Assembly: GCF_013149785.1 (NCBI RefSeq)
Contig: NZ_JABEZU010000001.1
Location: 744,001 to 808,000, forward strand
Origin: Isoptericola halotolerans
Lineage (GTDB): Bacteria > Actinomycetota > Actinomycetes > Actinomycetales > Cellulomonadaceae
Direction: 5' to 3'
DNA length: 64,000 nucleotides
Shown: positions 38,901-46,048 of the stretch, one piece after another
Position numbering within the stretch: position 1 is the stretch's first letter
Layout of the letters: each line of letters opens with the position of its first letter
Position numbers and translations under genes: made by a program
The notes under the pieces: generated by a model
Databases searched by the model: none
Seen by the model: only the letters and a program-made list of their open reading frames with translations
What the model was told of the DNA's origin: nothing

Positions 38901-40394
38901 CCGAACCCGCGCACGGACGCCCGGCTGCTCGTGGGCGTCCTGGACGACCCGCACGCCCAGGCGCAGCCCACGGTGCACTACGAGCCGGACGCGGACGGCA
39001 ACCTCGCCGTCTACGGCGCCGGTGGTACGGGCAAGAGCACGACGTTGCGCACCGTCGCCGTCTCGGCGGGTCTCACGGCGCGTGGCGGACCGACGCAGGT
39101 GTACGGCATCGACTGCGGCTCCGGCGGCCTGTCGATGCTCGAGAACCTGCCGCACGTCGGTGCCGTCATCTCCGGCGACGACGAGGAGCGGATCACGCGC
39201 CTCATGCGCCGCCTGACGGAGCTGCTCGACGAGCGGTCCGCCCGCTACGCGGAGGTGCGGGCGAGCACCATCGACGAGTACCGGCGGATCGCGGACCGGC
39301 CCGACGAACCACGGATCTTCGTGATGGTCGACGGGATCGGGAACTTCCGCGACTCCTACGAGGTGTCGTCGGTCCGCGGCTTCTCGATCTTCGGCGCGTT
39401 CACCCAGCTCGCGACGGACGGGCGTCCGGTGGGTATCCATCTCGTGATGTCGGGCGACCGCGCGGTCTCGGTGCCGCCGTCGTTGACCTCGACGGTGCAG
39501 AAGCGGATCGTCCACCGCCTCGCCCGCGAGGACGACTACCTGATGCTCAACGTCCCCCGTGACGTGCTGAGCCCGGCCTCGCCGCCGGGCCGCGCGATCA
39601 TGTACGGGCAGGAGGCGCAGATCGCCGTGCTGGGGGGCGAGTCGAACGGGGCCGTGCAGTCGCGCGAGCTGGCGCGGCTCGAGCAGACGATGCGGCGGAT
39701 GGGTGCGCCGCGGGCGCCCGGGGTGGCCCGGCTGCCCGACAGCTTCACGCTCGACGCGCTGCCGCCGACGGTGGGGGACCTCGCGACCGTCGGGCTGCGC
39801 GACCTGGACCTCGCCCCGGTCGGCCTGCCGATGCGTTCGCCGTTCATGCTGGCCGGGCCTCCGGGGTCCGGACGCACGACGGCGTTCGTCACCCTCGCGA
39901 CGACGTTGCGGCGGGCGGGGCGCACCCGCCTGGTGTACCTGTCGTCGCGCCGGTCGAGCCTGGGTGCGCTGGACCTGTGGGACGAGCAGGCGTCCGACCC
40001 CGAAGCCGTGGTGGAGCTTCTCAAGGAGCTCACCACGGCGCTGCAGGAGGACCGGGTCCCGCCGGGCCGGCTGACCGTGATGATCGAGAACTACACGGAG
40101 CTGACGGGCACGCCGGCGGAGAAGCCGCTGGAGGCGTTCGTCAAGCTCGCGGTCCGCAAGGAACAGCTCGTGGTCGGGGAGTCGGAGACGTCGACCTGGT
40201 CGAAGGCCTTCACCCTGGCGGGGCCGTTCAAGTCCGGTCGCAACGGCATCCTGCTCACCCCGGGGGACACGGACGGCGACGTCCTGATGAACACCGGGCT
40301 CGGCCGCATGCGCCGCAAGGACTTCCCGCCCGGGCGGGGATTCCTCATCACGGCCGGCCGAGCCTCCAAGATCCACGTCGCCCTGCCGGAGTGA
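35916..40394 (+). CDS. FtsK/SpoIIIE-family type VII secretion ATPase (EccC/EssC-like) with N-terminal FHA
   Basis: FHA (LGRD..VSKRHA..DLDSANG), TM hairpin, GPHALVGGTTGAGKSE / IIVVDEFA / GRSLGLHLILATQRP, second GAGGTGKST, third GPPGSGRTT. Adjacent to WXG100 genes. Confidence 0.92.
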   Translation: MRIKLTLSRPDESAVNVAVTADATATVRDVAEVLFSADPTRHGAAAPDNLTLQVLGDSSAQRNVTAGRVLTPTSDLVQAGLRSGSAVSIVRVSEQFVHPGQERGAAVAVLRVLEGPDAGREFHLPVGTSYLGRDRDMDVRLQDPQVSKRHARIVVGEQVEIHDLDSANGLVMGGQRMTRSALTSSDTVTVGGSVVSVVSLHRSTSLVPTSPVVEFNRSPRVVARFAETEIASPKPPRPKTPRGLPWLPMMVPAIMGLVLWWIFQNPRMLVFMFMSPMIMVAMYLDRKHNAKKEFEEATRLFEESVAATRERITKTHAVERAVRRSEAPALAEAIDAVRRLGGLMWTHRPEHRGFLTLRLGMGSAPARTKFAQPRENEALPEHWEMVLDLQERCSVIDDVPTVAALRYGGNVGLAGPSGPVESVARAALLQLVALHSPAEMVVTALTSHRSREDWEWLQWVPHTGSPHSPLGASDHLASDPGRGASLLARLEGLIESRGGVLDGPPPFEGERDAEKDREDRAPKPVLPAVVVLVEDDAPLDRSRLVRLAERGPAANVHVVWVAPTVEQLPAACRTFVLLDPQSRDENGMTGEVHYGRLTYPVSCETADLATAHEVARILSPVVDVGAPVEDESDLPRAVSYLALAGTDLGSDAAGVVERWRENLSLTPRDGSAPVRRKSPTNLRALVGHNGVEEFYLDLRTQGPHALVGGTTGAGKSEFLQSWVLGMAAAHSPDRVTFLFVDYKGGAAFADCVDLPHTVGLVTDLSPHLVRRALSSLRAELHHREHLLNRKKAKDLASLEKTGDPEAPPSLIIVVDEFAALVGEVPEFVDGVVDVAQRGRSLGLHLILATQRPAGVIKDNLRANTNLRIALRMADESDSKDVLDDEMAAHFSPSIPGRGAAKTGPGRITTFQTGYAGGWTRDEPDPTQVEVEELDFGTGRRWEMPAPELPEAGDPGPNDISRMVATIRQAATSAGVPAPRKPWLEELAATYDLALLPNPRTDARLLVGVLDDPHAQAQPTVHYEPDADGNLAVYGAGGTGKSTTLRTVAVSAGLTARGGPTQVYGIDCGSGGLSMLENLPHVGAVISGDDEERITRLMRRLTELLDERSARYAEVRASTIDEYRRIADRPDEPRIFVMVDGIGNFRDSYEVSSVRGFSIFGAFTQLATDGRPVGIHLVMSGDRAVSVPPSLTSTVQKRIVHRLAREDDYLMLNVPRDVLSPASPPGRAIMYGQEAQIAVLGGESNGAVQSRELARLEQTMRRMGAPRAPGVARLPDSFTLDALPPTVGDLATVGLRDLDLAPVGLPMRSPFMLAGPPGSGRTTAFVTLATTLRRAGRTRLVYLSSRRSSLGALDLWDEQASDPEAVVELLKELTTALQEDRVPPGRLTVMIENYTELTGTPAEKPLEAFVKLAVRKEQLVVGESETSTWSKAFTLAGPFKSGRNGILLTPGDTDGDVLMNTGLGRMRRKDFPPGRGFLITAGRASKIHVALPE

Positions 40395-40415
40395 TCCGGC
40401 GCAGCGACGGACGGG

Positions 40416-40433
40416 ATGGGGAGTGCTCCCCAT
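40416..40433. promoter_or_regulatory. Palindromic putative operator ATGGGGAG-TG-CTCCCCAT
   Basis: Perfect 8-bp inverted repeat with 2-nt spacer, ~94 bp upstream of the WXG100 start. Confidence 0.7.
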
Positions 40434-40526
40434 TCCTTGTGGTCACGGGCTCTGGTTGAGTTCGTGGTGTTGAAGCGATGAGGTGGTTGTCCCGCAGGGG
40501 GCGGCCCTTGAGTGAAGGAGCATGGC

Positions 40527-40811
40527 ATGGTTGCAGAGGGTGGCAACGTCTTCGGTCTTGACATCGAGGCGGTCCGGAGCCTGGCCGGGGTTCTGCGGGA
40601 CCAGGCGGAGGTCGTGCGGACGTCGGTGACGACGATCACGAACCAGATGTCGCAGACGGAGTGGAACGGTCCGGACGCGGTGCAGTTCCAGGACGAGTGG
40701 GACGGGACGCACGCGGCGAAGCTGAACGAGATCGCGGCGGCGCTGGATGGTTACGCCACCACGGCGGACAACAACGCCACGCAGCAGGAGAACACCTCGA
40801 CCGCTTACTGA
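40527..40811 (+). CDS. WXG100 family type VII secretion substrate (copy 1, 94 aa)
   Basis: ~100 aa helical protein with central EWNGPDA..F..EW. AAGGAG RBS before ATG 40527. Confidence 0.92.
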   Translation: MVAEGGNVFGLDIEAVRSLAGVLRDQAEVVRTSVTTITNQMSQTEWNGPDAVQFQDEWDGTHAAKLNEIAAALDGYATTADNNATQQENTSTAY

Positions 40812-40829
40812 GCGAGAGGTCTGCTCGCC

Positions 40830-41051
40830 GTGGGCGCGCTGGGGAGGTGGAGCCTCGGCACCGGTCTGGTGCTGACCGCTCTGGCCGTGGTCTGTGCCGC
40901 GGTCGACGTCGTCCCGGTCGCGACGATCGCGGGGATCCTCGCGATCGTCGCGTGGGTGGTCGCGGGGTACGACGCCGTCTACCGGGCGCTGGAGCGTCGA
41001 GAGCTGCGGCGCCGGGCCGACCGCGCACGGCGTGCGGGCGGCGACCGCTGA
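40830..41051 (+). CDS. Small two-TM hypothetical protein
   Basis: 73-aa ORF with two hydrophobic segments and an Arg-rich tail, filling the unique spacer between the repeats. Confidence 0.55.
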   Translation: MGALGRWSLGTGLVLTALAVVCAAVDVVPVATIAGILAIVAWVVAGYDAVYRALERRELRRRADRARRAGGDR

Positions 41052-41065
41052 GCCGTGGCCGGCGC

Positions 41066-41474
41066 ATGGGGAGTGCTCCCCATTCCTTGTGGTCACGGGC
41101 TCTGGTTGAGTTCGTGGTGTTGAAGCGATGACGTGGTTGTCCCGCAGGGGGCGGCCCTTGAGTGAAGGAGCATGGCATGGTTGCAGAGGGTGGCAACGTC
41201 TTCGGTCTTGACATCGAGGCGGTCCGGAGCCTGGCTGGGGTTCTGCGGGACCAGGCGGAGGTCGTGCGGACGTCGGTGACGACGATCACGAACCAGATGT
41301 CGCAGACGGAGTGGAACGGTCCGGACGCGGTGCAGTTCCAGGACGAGTGGGACGGGACGCACGCGGCGAAGCTGAACGAGATCGCGGCGGCGCTGGATGG
41401 TTACGCCACGACGGCGGACAACAACGCCACGCAGCAGGAGAACACCTCGACCGCTTACTGAGCGGGAGGTCTGC
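41066..41474 (+). repeat. Direct repeat copy 2 (begins with the same palindrome, 41066-41083)
   Basis: Near-identical to 40416-40824. Confidence 0.95.
41177..41461 (+). CDS. WXG100 family type VII secretion substrate (copy 2, identical protein)
   Basis: Same translation as copy 1, with two synonymous differences. Confidence 0.92.
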   Translation: MVAEGGNVFGLDIEAVRSLAGVLRDQAEVVRTSVTTITNQMSQTEWNGPDAVQFQDEWDGTHAAKLNEIAAALDGYATTADNNATQQENTSTAY

Positions 41475-41492
41475 CCCCGGACGGGGGCTGGT

Positions 41493-41525
41493 GAGGGGTG
41501 CGGTGCCGGCGGTGCCGCACCTCTC
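41493..41525 (+). terminator. Hairpin after WXG100 copy 2
   Basis: GAGGGGTGCGG...CCGCACCTCTC stem. No U-tract. Confidence 0.4.
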
Positions 41526-41595
41526 GTCCGTGGGGCCAGAGAACTGAGGTCGATCCCGGGTGCGCGGGTCAGGAGGAGGAGCTGTGGGCGGAGGG

Positions 41596-42831
41596 ATGTA
41601 CGGCGCCGATATCGAGGCGCTGCGCCAGCTCGCTGACAAGATCGCGGAGGGCGGTGACGCCCTGGACGCGGTCGTGGCAACGGTGGAGGGCGCCATTCCG
41701 GGGCCCGAGGGCTGGGAAGGCCCGGACGGTGACGGTTTCCGCGCCGAGTGGGGGGACACCCACATCGTCCGACTGCGGAACACCGCAGACCTGCTGCGCG
41801 ACGTCGCGTCGAAGGTCCGGGAGAACGCCGACGACCAGGAGCGCACCTCGGACGACACCGGCTCCGGTGGCGGTCCTGGCGGTCCTAGCGGTGGCGGTGG
41901 CACCGGTGGCGGCAACGGCAACGGCAACGGTGGTTCCGGTTCCGGAGGATCCGACGACGACGGCGGCAACCCGCTCGCGTCGCCCGGATCCGACCCGACG
42001 AAGTCACCGACGGACACCAGCGATCCTGGGCACAGCTGGACGGACGGCTACAACACGCATCGTGGTCCGCAGTACAACCCCGACGGTGTCAGCGGCACCT
42101 ACGAGAACGGCGTCTTCACGCCGTCACCCGACGGCGAGAGCGCGGCGACCGCGTCGGAGAAGGGCAACATCAACCACACGTTCGCCGAGGGCGAGACCGG
42201 CGGGTTCGCGGGCTACCAGGCGGGCGTGGACGGAGAGTTCGGGTCCGAGGACGGGTTCCACGGGTCCGGCGAGGCCGGAGTCGCCGCGGGGGCCGGCTAC
42301 GACGCCTCTGGCGAGGTCAGCCTCTCGGAGAACGGTCTGGTGGCCGAGGGCTCCGTGGGGGTCAACGCCGGGGCGAGTGCGAGTGCGAGCGGTGAGGTCG
42401 GCTACGGGGACCACTTCGGCGCGCAGGGCTCTGCCGAGGCGTTCGTCGGGGGGCGTGCCGAGGCGAACGCCGGGGCCTCGCTGGGCCCGCACGGTCTCGG
42501 GATGAGCGCCGGCGTCGACGCCTTCGCGGGCGCCGAGGCGGGTGTGGACGGGTCGGTCACGGCCGCGGGCGTCACCGCCGGGGGCAGTGCCAACGTCTAC
42601 GCGGGGGTGGGCTTCACGGCCGGCGCGGACGTGAACTTCGGCATGGACAGCGTGAGCCTGGACCTGGAGCTGGGCGCGGCACTGGGCATCGGTGCCGGGT
42701 TCGACGTCTCGCTGGAGTGGTCGCCGGCCGACACGGTCTCGGCGATCTCTGACTTCGGCGGCGATCTCGTCGGCGGTGCCGGGGATGCGGTCGGCGGGTT
42801 CGTCGACGGCATCACCGGCGGATGGTGGTGA
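41596..42831 (+). CDS. WXG100-led putative T7SS effector with Gly-rich repeat C-terminus
   Basis: N-terminus YGADIEALRQLA...WEGPDGDGFRAEW...NADDQERTS parallels the WXG100 proteins. Followed by a Gly linker and ~26-aa Gly/Ala repeats. Alternative GTG start at 41584. Confidence 0.82.
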   Translation: MYGADIEALRQLADKIAEGGDALDAVVATVEGAIPGPEGWEGPDGDGFRAEWGDTHIVRLRNTADLLRDVASKVRENADDQERTSDDTGSGGGPGGPSGGGGTGGGNGNGNGGSGSGGSDDDGGNPLASPGSDPTKSPTDTSDPGHSWTDGYNTHRGPQYNPDGVSGTYENGVFTPSPDGESAATASEKGNINHTFAEGETGGFAGYQAGVDGEFGSEDGFHGSGEAGVAAGAGYDASGEVSLSENGLVAEGSVGVNAGASASASGEVGYGDHFGAQGSAEAFVGGRAEANAGASLGPHGLGMSAGVDAFAGAEAGVDGSVTAAGVTAGGSANVYAGVGFTAGADVNFGMDSVSLDLELGAALGIGAGFDVSLEWSPADTVSAISDFGGDLVGGAGDAVGGFVDGITGGWW

Positions 42832-42863
42832 CCGGGCATGGCACCGACTGATTGGATGGACAC

Positions 42864-43340
42864 ATGACTACCGTCTCTTACCCGAGCGAGGACTTCCCGG
42901 GCTTCCCGGAGATCACCATGGACTGCCCCGACGGGTGGGAGCCCCGGCGGGTCCCGGGTTCCCAGCTCGCGATCGTCCAGCAGCGTCCGGAGGGCGAGTT
43001 CAGGCCCAACGTCCTGGTCATCATGCAGCGCCTCCACCCGGACCAGACCGCAGACGACGTGATCGCCGACGCGGTGAAGCGACTCGAGGCCACACCGGGG
43101 TACGAGGAGGTCGGCCGGATGAAGACGACGCTGGCCGGCGTCCCGGCGGCGCGGATCGAAGGCGCCTGGTCCACGGAGGAGACGGGCACCATCGCCCAGG
43201 CGCTCCGGATCGCCGTGATCGAGCACGATGGCGTCCGGGATGCCCTCGAGGTCACCGGGACGTGCGCCGGACCGCAGGCGCCGGACGTCTGGCCCGCGGT
43301 GCGCGCCATCCAGGACAGCATCGCCCTGGTCGGCCGATGA
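42864..43340 (+). CDS. LpqN/DcrB(PsbP)-like protein
   Basis: P.GW...F.PNV.V.....TLAGVPA.R......Q.......VTGT pattern recalls the DcrB/LpqN fold. No signal peptide. Family is inferred. Confidence 0.6.
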   Translation: MTTVSYPSEDFPGFPEITMDCPDGWEPRRVPGSQLAIVQQRPEGEFRPNVLVIMQRLHPDQTADDVIADAVKRLEATPGYEEVGRMKTTLAGVPAARIEGAWSTEETGTIAQALRIAVIEHDGVRDALEVTGTCAGPQAPDVWPAVRAIQDSIALVGR

Positions 43341-44131
43341 GCGAGACGGGCGCGCAGGACGGCTCACCGACCGGAGCTGATCGCTTCGCCGTGATCAGCC
43401 GCCGGGTGATCTTCTTCTCGGGCTACGTGATCATCCCTCTCGGGGCGTGGGCGATCGTCTCGGGCCGGGTCGCTCTCGGCATCACGATCATCGCGGCGTT
43501 CTTCGTCGTGGTGGTCGCTCGTGTCGTGTGGATGGCGAGGCGTGGGGCGCGGGCGCTGGCGGAACGCCGGGAGGTGGCCGAGGTGGCGGACGTCGCTGTC
43601 GCGACCCCGGGCGCGCCGTCGTCCGTCGACCGGGTGGTCGGTGAGCTGCTCGCACTGAACTCCGACGGCCTTCCCTATCTGCTCGAGGCGCAGCGGGGCG
43701 CCGACGGCCGCGTGCGGCTCGAGGTGCGGTGGAAGTCCGAGGAGATGCGTTGGCAGACCCTGTTCGTCAAGGGCAAGGTCGCCTACGCCTGGCGCATGGA
43801 GGTCGACCTCGATCCGGTGCGGTCCCGGTACACCTTCGTCGAGTACTCCGGCACGGCGGACTCCCGCACCGTCGTCGGTCCCGGAGGGGCGTCCTCGCGG
43901 GCGAGCTGGACGTGGCACCGTGGCAAGACGGCCGGTCGTCTCAACATGACGATCGCCGAGGGTGCCGACGGCCAGGTGCACGTGGCGAGCTCGGGGGAGA
44001 CGCGGACCTCGTGGGAGGGTGCAGTGTCGATCCGACCGTCCGACGCGAAGGTCCCGGTGCTCACCCTGCTCCGCAACCACGGCTGGCGCCCACGGTTCGA
44101 CTGGTTCGGCGCCCGGCTGTTCGAGAAGTAG
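43337..44131 (+). CDS. Hypothetical membrane protein (two N-terminal TMs), candidate immunity/accessory protein
   Basis: ATGA-coupled to the upstream gene. Hydrophobic hairpin followed by a soluble domain. Confidence 0.65.
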   Translation: MSETGAQDGSPTGADRFAVISRRVIFFSGYVIIPLGAWAIVSGRVALGITIIAAFFVVVVARVVWMARRGARALAERREVAEVADVAVATPGAPSSVDRVVGELLALNSDGLPYLLEAQRGADGRVRLEVRWKSEEMRWQTLFVKGKVAYAWRMEVDLDPVRSRYTFVEYSGTADSRTVVGPGGASSRASWTWHRGKTAGRLNMTIAEGADGQVHVASSGETRTSWEGAVSIRPSDAKVPVLTLLRNHGWRPRFDWFGARLFEK

Positions 44132-44180
44132 GGCGCCGATCCGCTCGCGAGAACTGACCCGACACGACCTGAGGATTTTC

Positions 44181-44891
44181 ATGCATCACATCAGAAGCCG
44201 CCGTCGTCTGGCCGCGGCGCTCACCGCGCTCGTCGTGGCCCCGTCGCTGGCCGCGTGCTCGTTCGAGGTCGGTGAGATCGAGAAGGTCGGCGAGGACGCC
44301 GAGACGTCCGAGTCCACCGAGACGGAGGAGCCGGCGACCGACGAGCCCGACGCCGCGGGCGACGAGGGCGCCGCGGACGCCGGGCAGGCCGACGAGGGAG
44401 CCGAGGCCGCGGGTGACGCACCGGTGTCCGCGACCGAGCTCGCGACCATCCACGCCGAGCACGTCGCGGCCCGTGTCCCGGCCAACTGGGAGTCGCTGGG
44501 CGACGCCGACGGCTGGTCCTACGTCCACCAGCTCTCGAACGCCGAGGGCGGCGTCGCCGGTCGGATCGGGTTCATGCCCGGCGGGGCGGAGATGACCGCC
44601 GACGGGGCGGTCGACTGGTTCATCAGCCAGGTCGAGGGCCAGGGCGTCACCGACGAGAACTACGCACCGGTGACGACGCTGCGTGACGACGAGGGCCGCG
44701 CCAACACCTCGTACACGTACGACTCGGGCGGCCAGAAGTACGTCGCGGTGGTCTGGGCGCTCGTGGACGGCAACGGCATCCCGTCGCTCGTGCAGCTGTC
44801 CGGCTCCCAGGAGGTCGTCACGCAGGATCTGGTGGCGACCATCGACCAGAACCTCAACCTCAACGGCGACTGGCAGGGCACGGCGGGCTGA
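44181..44891 (+). CDS. Putative lipoprotein
   Basis: Basic N-terminus, hydrophobic stretch, lipobox LAAC, acidic linker and globular C-domain. Confidence 0.78.
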   Translation: MHHIRSRRRLAAALTALVVAPSLAACSFEVGEIEKVGEDAETSESTETEEPATDEPDAAGDEGAADAGQADEGAEAAGDAPVSATELATIHAEHVAARVPANWESLGDADGWSYVHQLSNAEGGVAGRIGFMPGGAEMTADGAVDWFISQVEGQGVTDENYAPVTTLRDDEGRANTSYTYDSGGQKYVAVVWALVDGNGIPSLVQLSGSQEVVTQDLVATIDQNLNLNGDWQGTAG

Positions 44892-44912
44892 CGCCTCCGC
44901 GCCCCCGTACGC

Positions 44913-45860
44913 TCAGCCCGCCCGTCTGGCCGCCGTCGCACCCGCGGCGGCGGCCAGACGCGTTGCACGGGCCGCCTGCGTGCCGTCCACGGTGAGCACC
45001 ACCAGCGCGACCCACACCAGCCCGAAGCCGATCCAGCGGGTAGGCGACATGTGCTCGCCGAACACGAGCAGCCCGACCAGGAACTGCAGCGTGGGCGTGA
45101 GGTACTGCAGCATCCCCACCACGGACAGCGGCAGGCGCCGTGCGGCGGCGCCGAACAGCAGCAGCGGCACGCCCGTGACCACGCCGGCGGAGACGAGCAG
45201 CAGCGCGTGCCCGGCTCCCTCCTGGCCGAAGGTGGAGACCCCGGTGGCGGTCAGCCAGGCGAGGTAGGCGAGCGCGAACGGTGTGGCGAGCGTCGTCTCG
45301 ACGGCGAGCCCGGGCAGGGCGTCGACCGACCGTCCGGCGCGGTTCTTCATCAGCGAGTAGGACCCGAACGAGAACGCCAGGACGAGGGAGATCCAGGGTA
45401 GGCCGCCCACACCGGTGGAGATCACGGCGACCGCGGCCGCGCCGAAGCCGAGGGCGACCCACTGGGCCGGCCGCAACCGCTCACGCAGCGCGACGACGCC
45501 GAGCAGGACGGTGACGAGCGGGTTGATGTAGTAGCCGAGCGCGGCGTCGAGCACGTGGTTGCTCAGGACGGCGTAGACGTAGGTCACCCAGTTGGTGACG
45601 ATGAGGACCGCCGCGACGGCGAGCACGCCGAGGGTGCGTGGCTGCCGGAAGACCGCGGTGAAGCGGGACAGCGTGCGGGTCGCGGCCAGCAGCACGAGGC
45701 AGAACACGAGCGACCACACGACACGGTGGGCGATGATCTCCAGGGCGCCCGCGGGCTCCAGGAGCGGGAAGTACAGGGGCATCGCGCCCCACAGGAGGTA
45801 CGCCCCCAGGCCCAGCGAGAGGCCCCATCGGGCTGGGGGCGGGGTGGGGGTGCTCGTCAC
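44913..45860 (-). CDS. rarD: EamA-family transporter RarD
   Basis: AYLLWG..PLYF, EIIAHRVVWS, LGYYINPL and GMLQYLTPTLQF. Start re-picked at GTG 45860. Confidence 0.93.
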   Translation of the reverse strand: MTSTPTPPPARWGLSLGLGAYLLWGAMPLYFPLLEPAGALEIIAHRVVWSLVFCLVLLAATRTLSRFTAVFRQPRTLGVLAVAAVLIVTNWVTYVYAVLSNHVLDAALGYYINPLVTVLLGVVALRERLRPAQWVALGFGAAAVAVISTGVGGLPWISLVLAFSFGSYSLMKNRAGRSVDALPGLAVETTLATPFALAYLAWLTATGVSTFGQEGAGHALLLVSAGVVTGVPLLLFGAAARRLPLSVVGMLQYLTPTLQFLVGLLVFGEHMSPTRWIGFGLVWVALVVLTVDGTQAARATRLAAAAGATAARRAG

Positions 45861-45966
45861 CTGCGCAGGATATGCGGTCGGGTGACAAGGGCCACGGTGA
45901 ACGGATTTCCGCAGCGGGCGCCGGGCCGCTATGGTTGTCTCCGCAAGGCCGTCCGCGGCCTTGCTC

Positions 45967-46048
45967 GGCAGGTTGCCCGAGCGGCCAAAGGGAGCTGACT
46001 GTAAATCAGCCGTCATCGACTTCGGGGGTTCGAATCCCTCACCTGCCA
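45967..46048 (+). tRNA. tRNA-Tyr(GTA)
   Basis: GGCAGGT/ACCTGCC acceptor stem, GCTGA-CTGTAAA-TCAGC anticodon arm, long variable arm, GGTTCGAATCC T-loop. Confidence 0.96.

Larger units (their letters stand above)
40416..40824 (+). repeat. Direct repeat copy 1 (409 bp: palindrome + leader + WXG100 gene)
   Basis: Matches 41066-41474 at offset 650 with 4 mismatches by manual alignment. Confidence 0.95.

Noticed and set aside
35916..40394. FtsK as chromosome-segregation translocase or conjugative TraB/TcpA
   Set aside because: Multiple tandem ATPase domains, an FHA domain and adjacent WXG100 genes fit EccC/EssC. No gamma domain, relaxase or rep genes are visible.
40416..41474. Direct repeats as CRISPR array, IS ends or assembly artefact
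   Set aside because: Only two 409-bp units, each containing a gene. No cas or transposase genes. Four substitutions and a unique spacer argue against mis-assembly, though reads were not available.
41860..41970. GGT/GGC-rich low-complexity tract as a tandem repeat element
   Set aside because: It simply encodes the Gly-rich linker of the effector.
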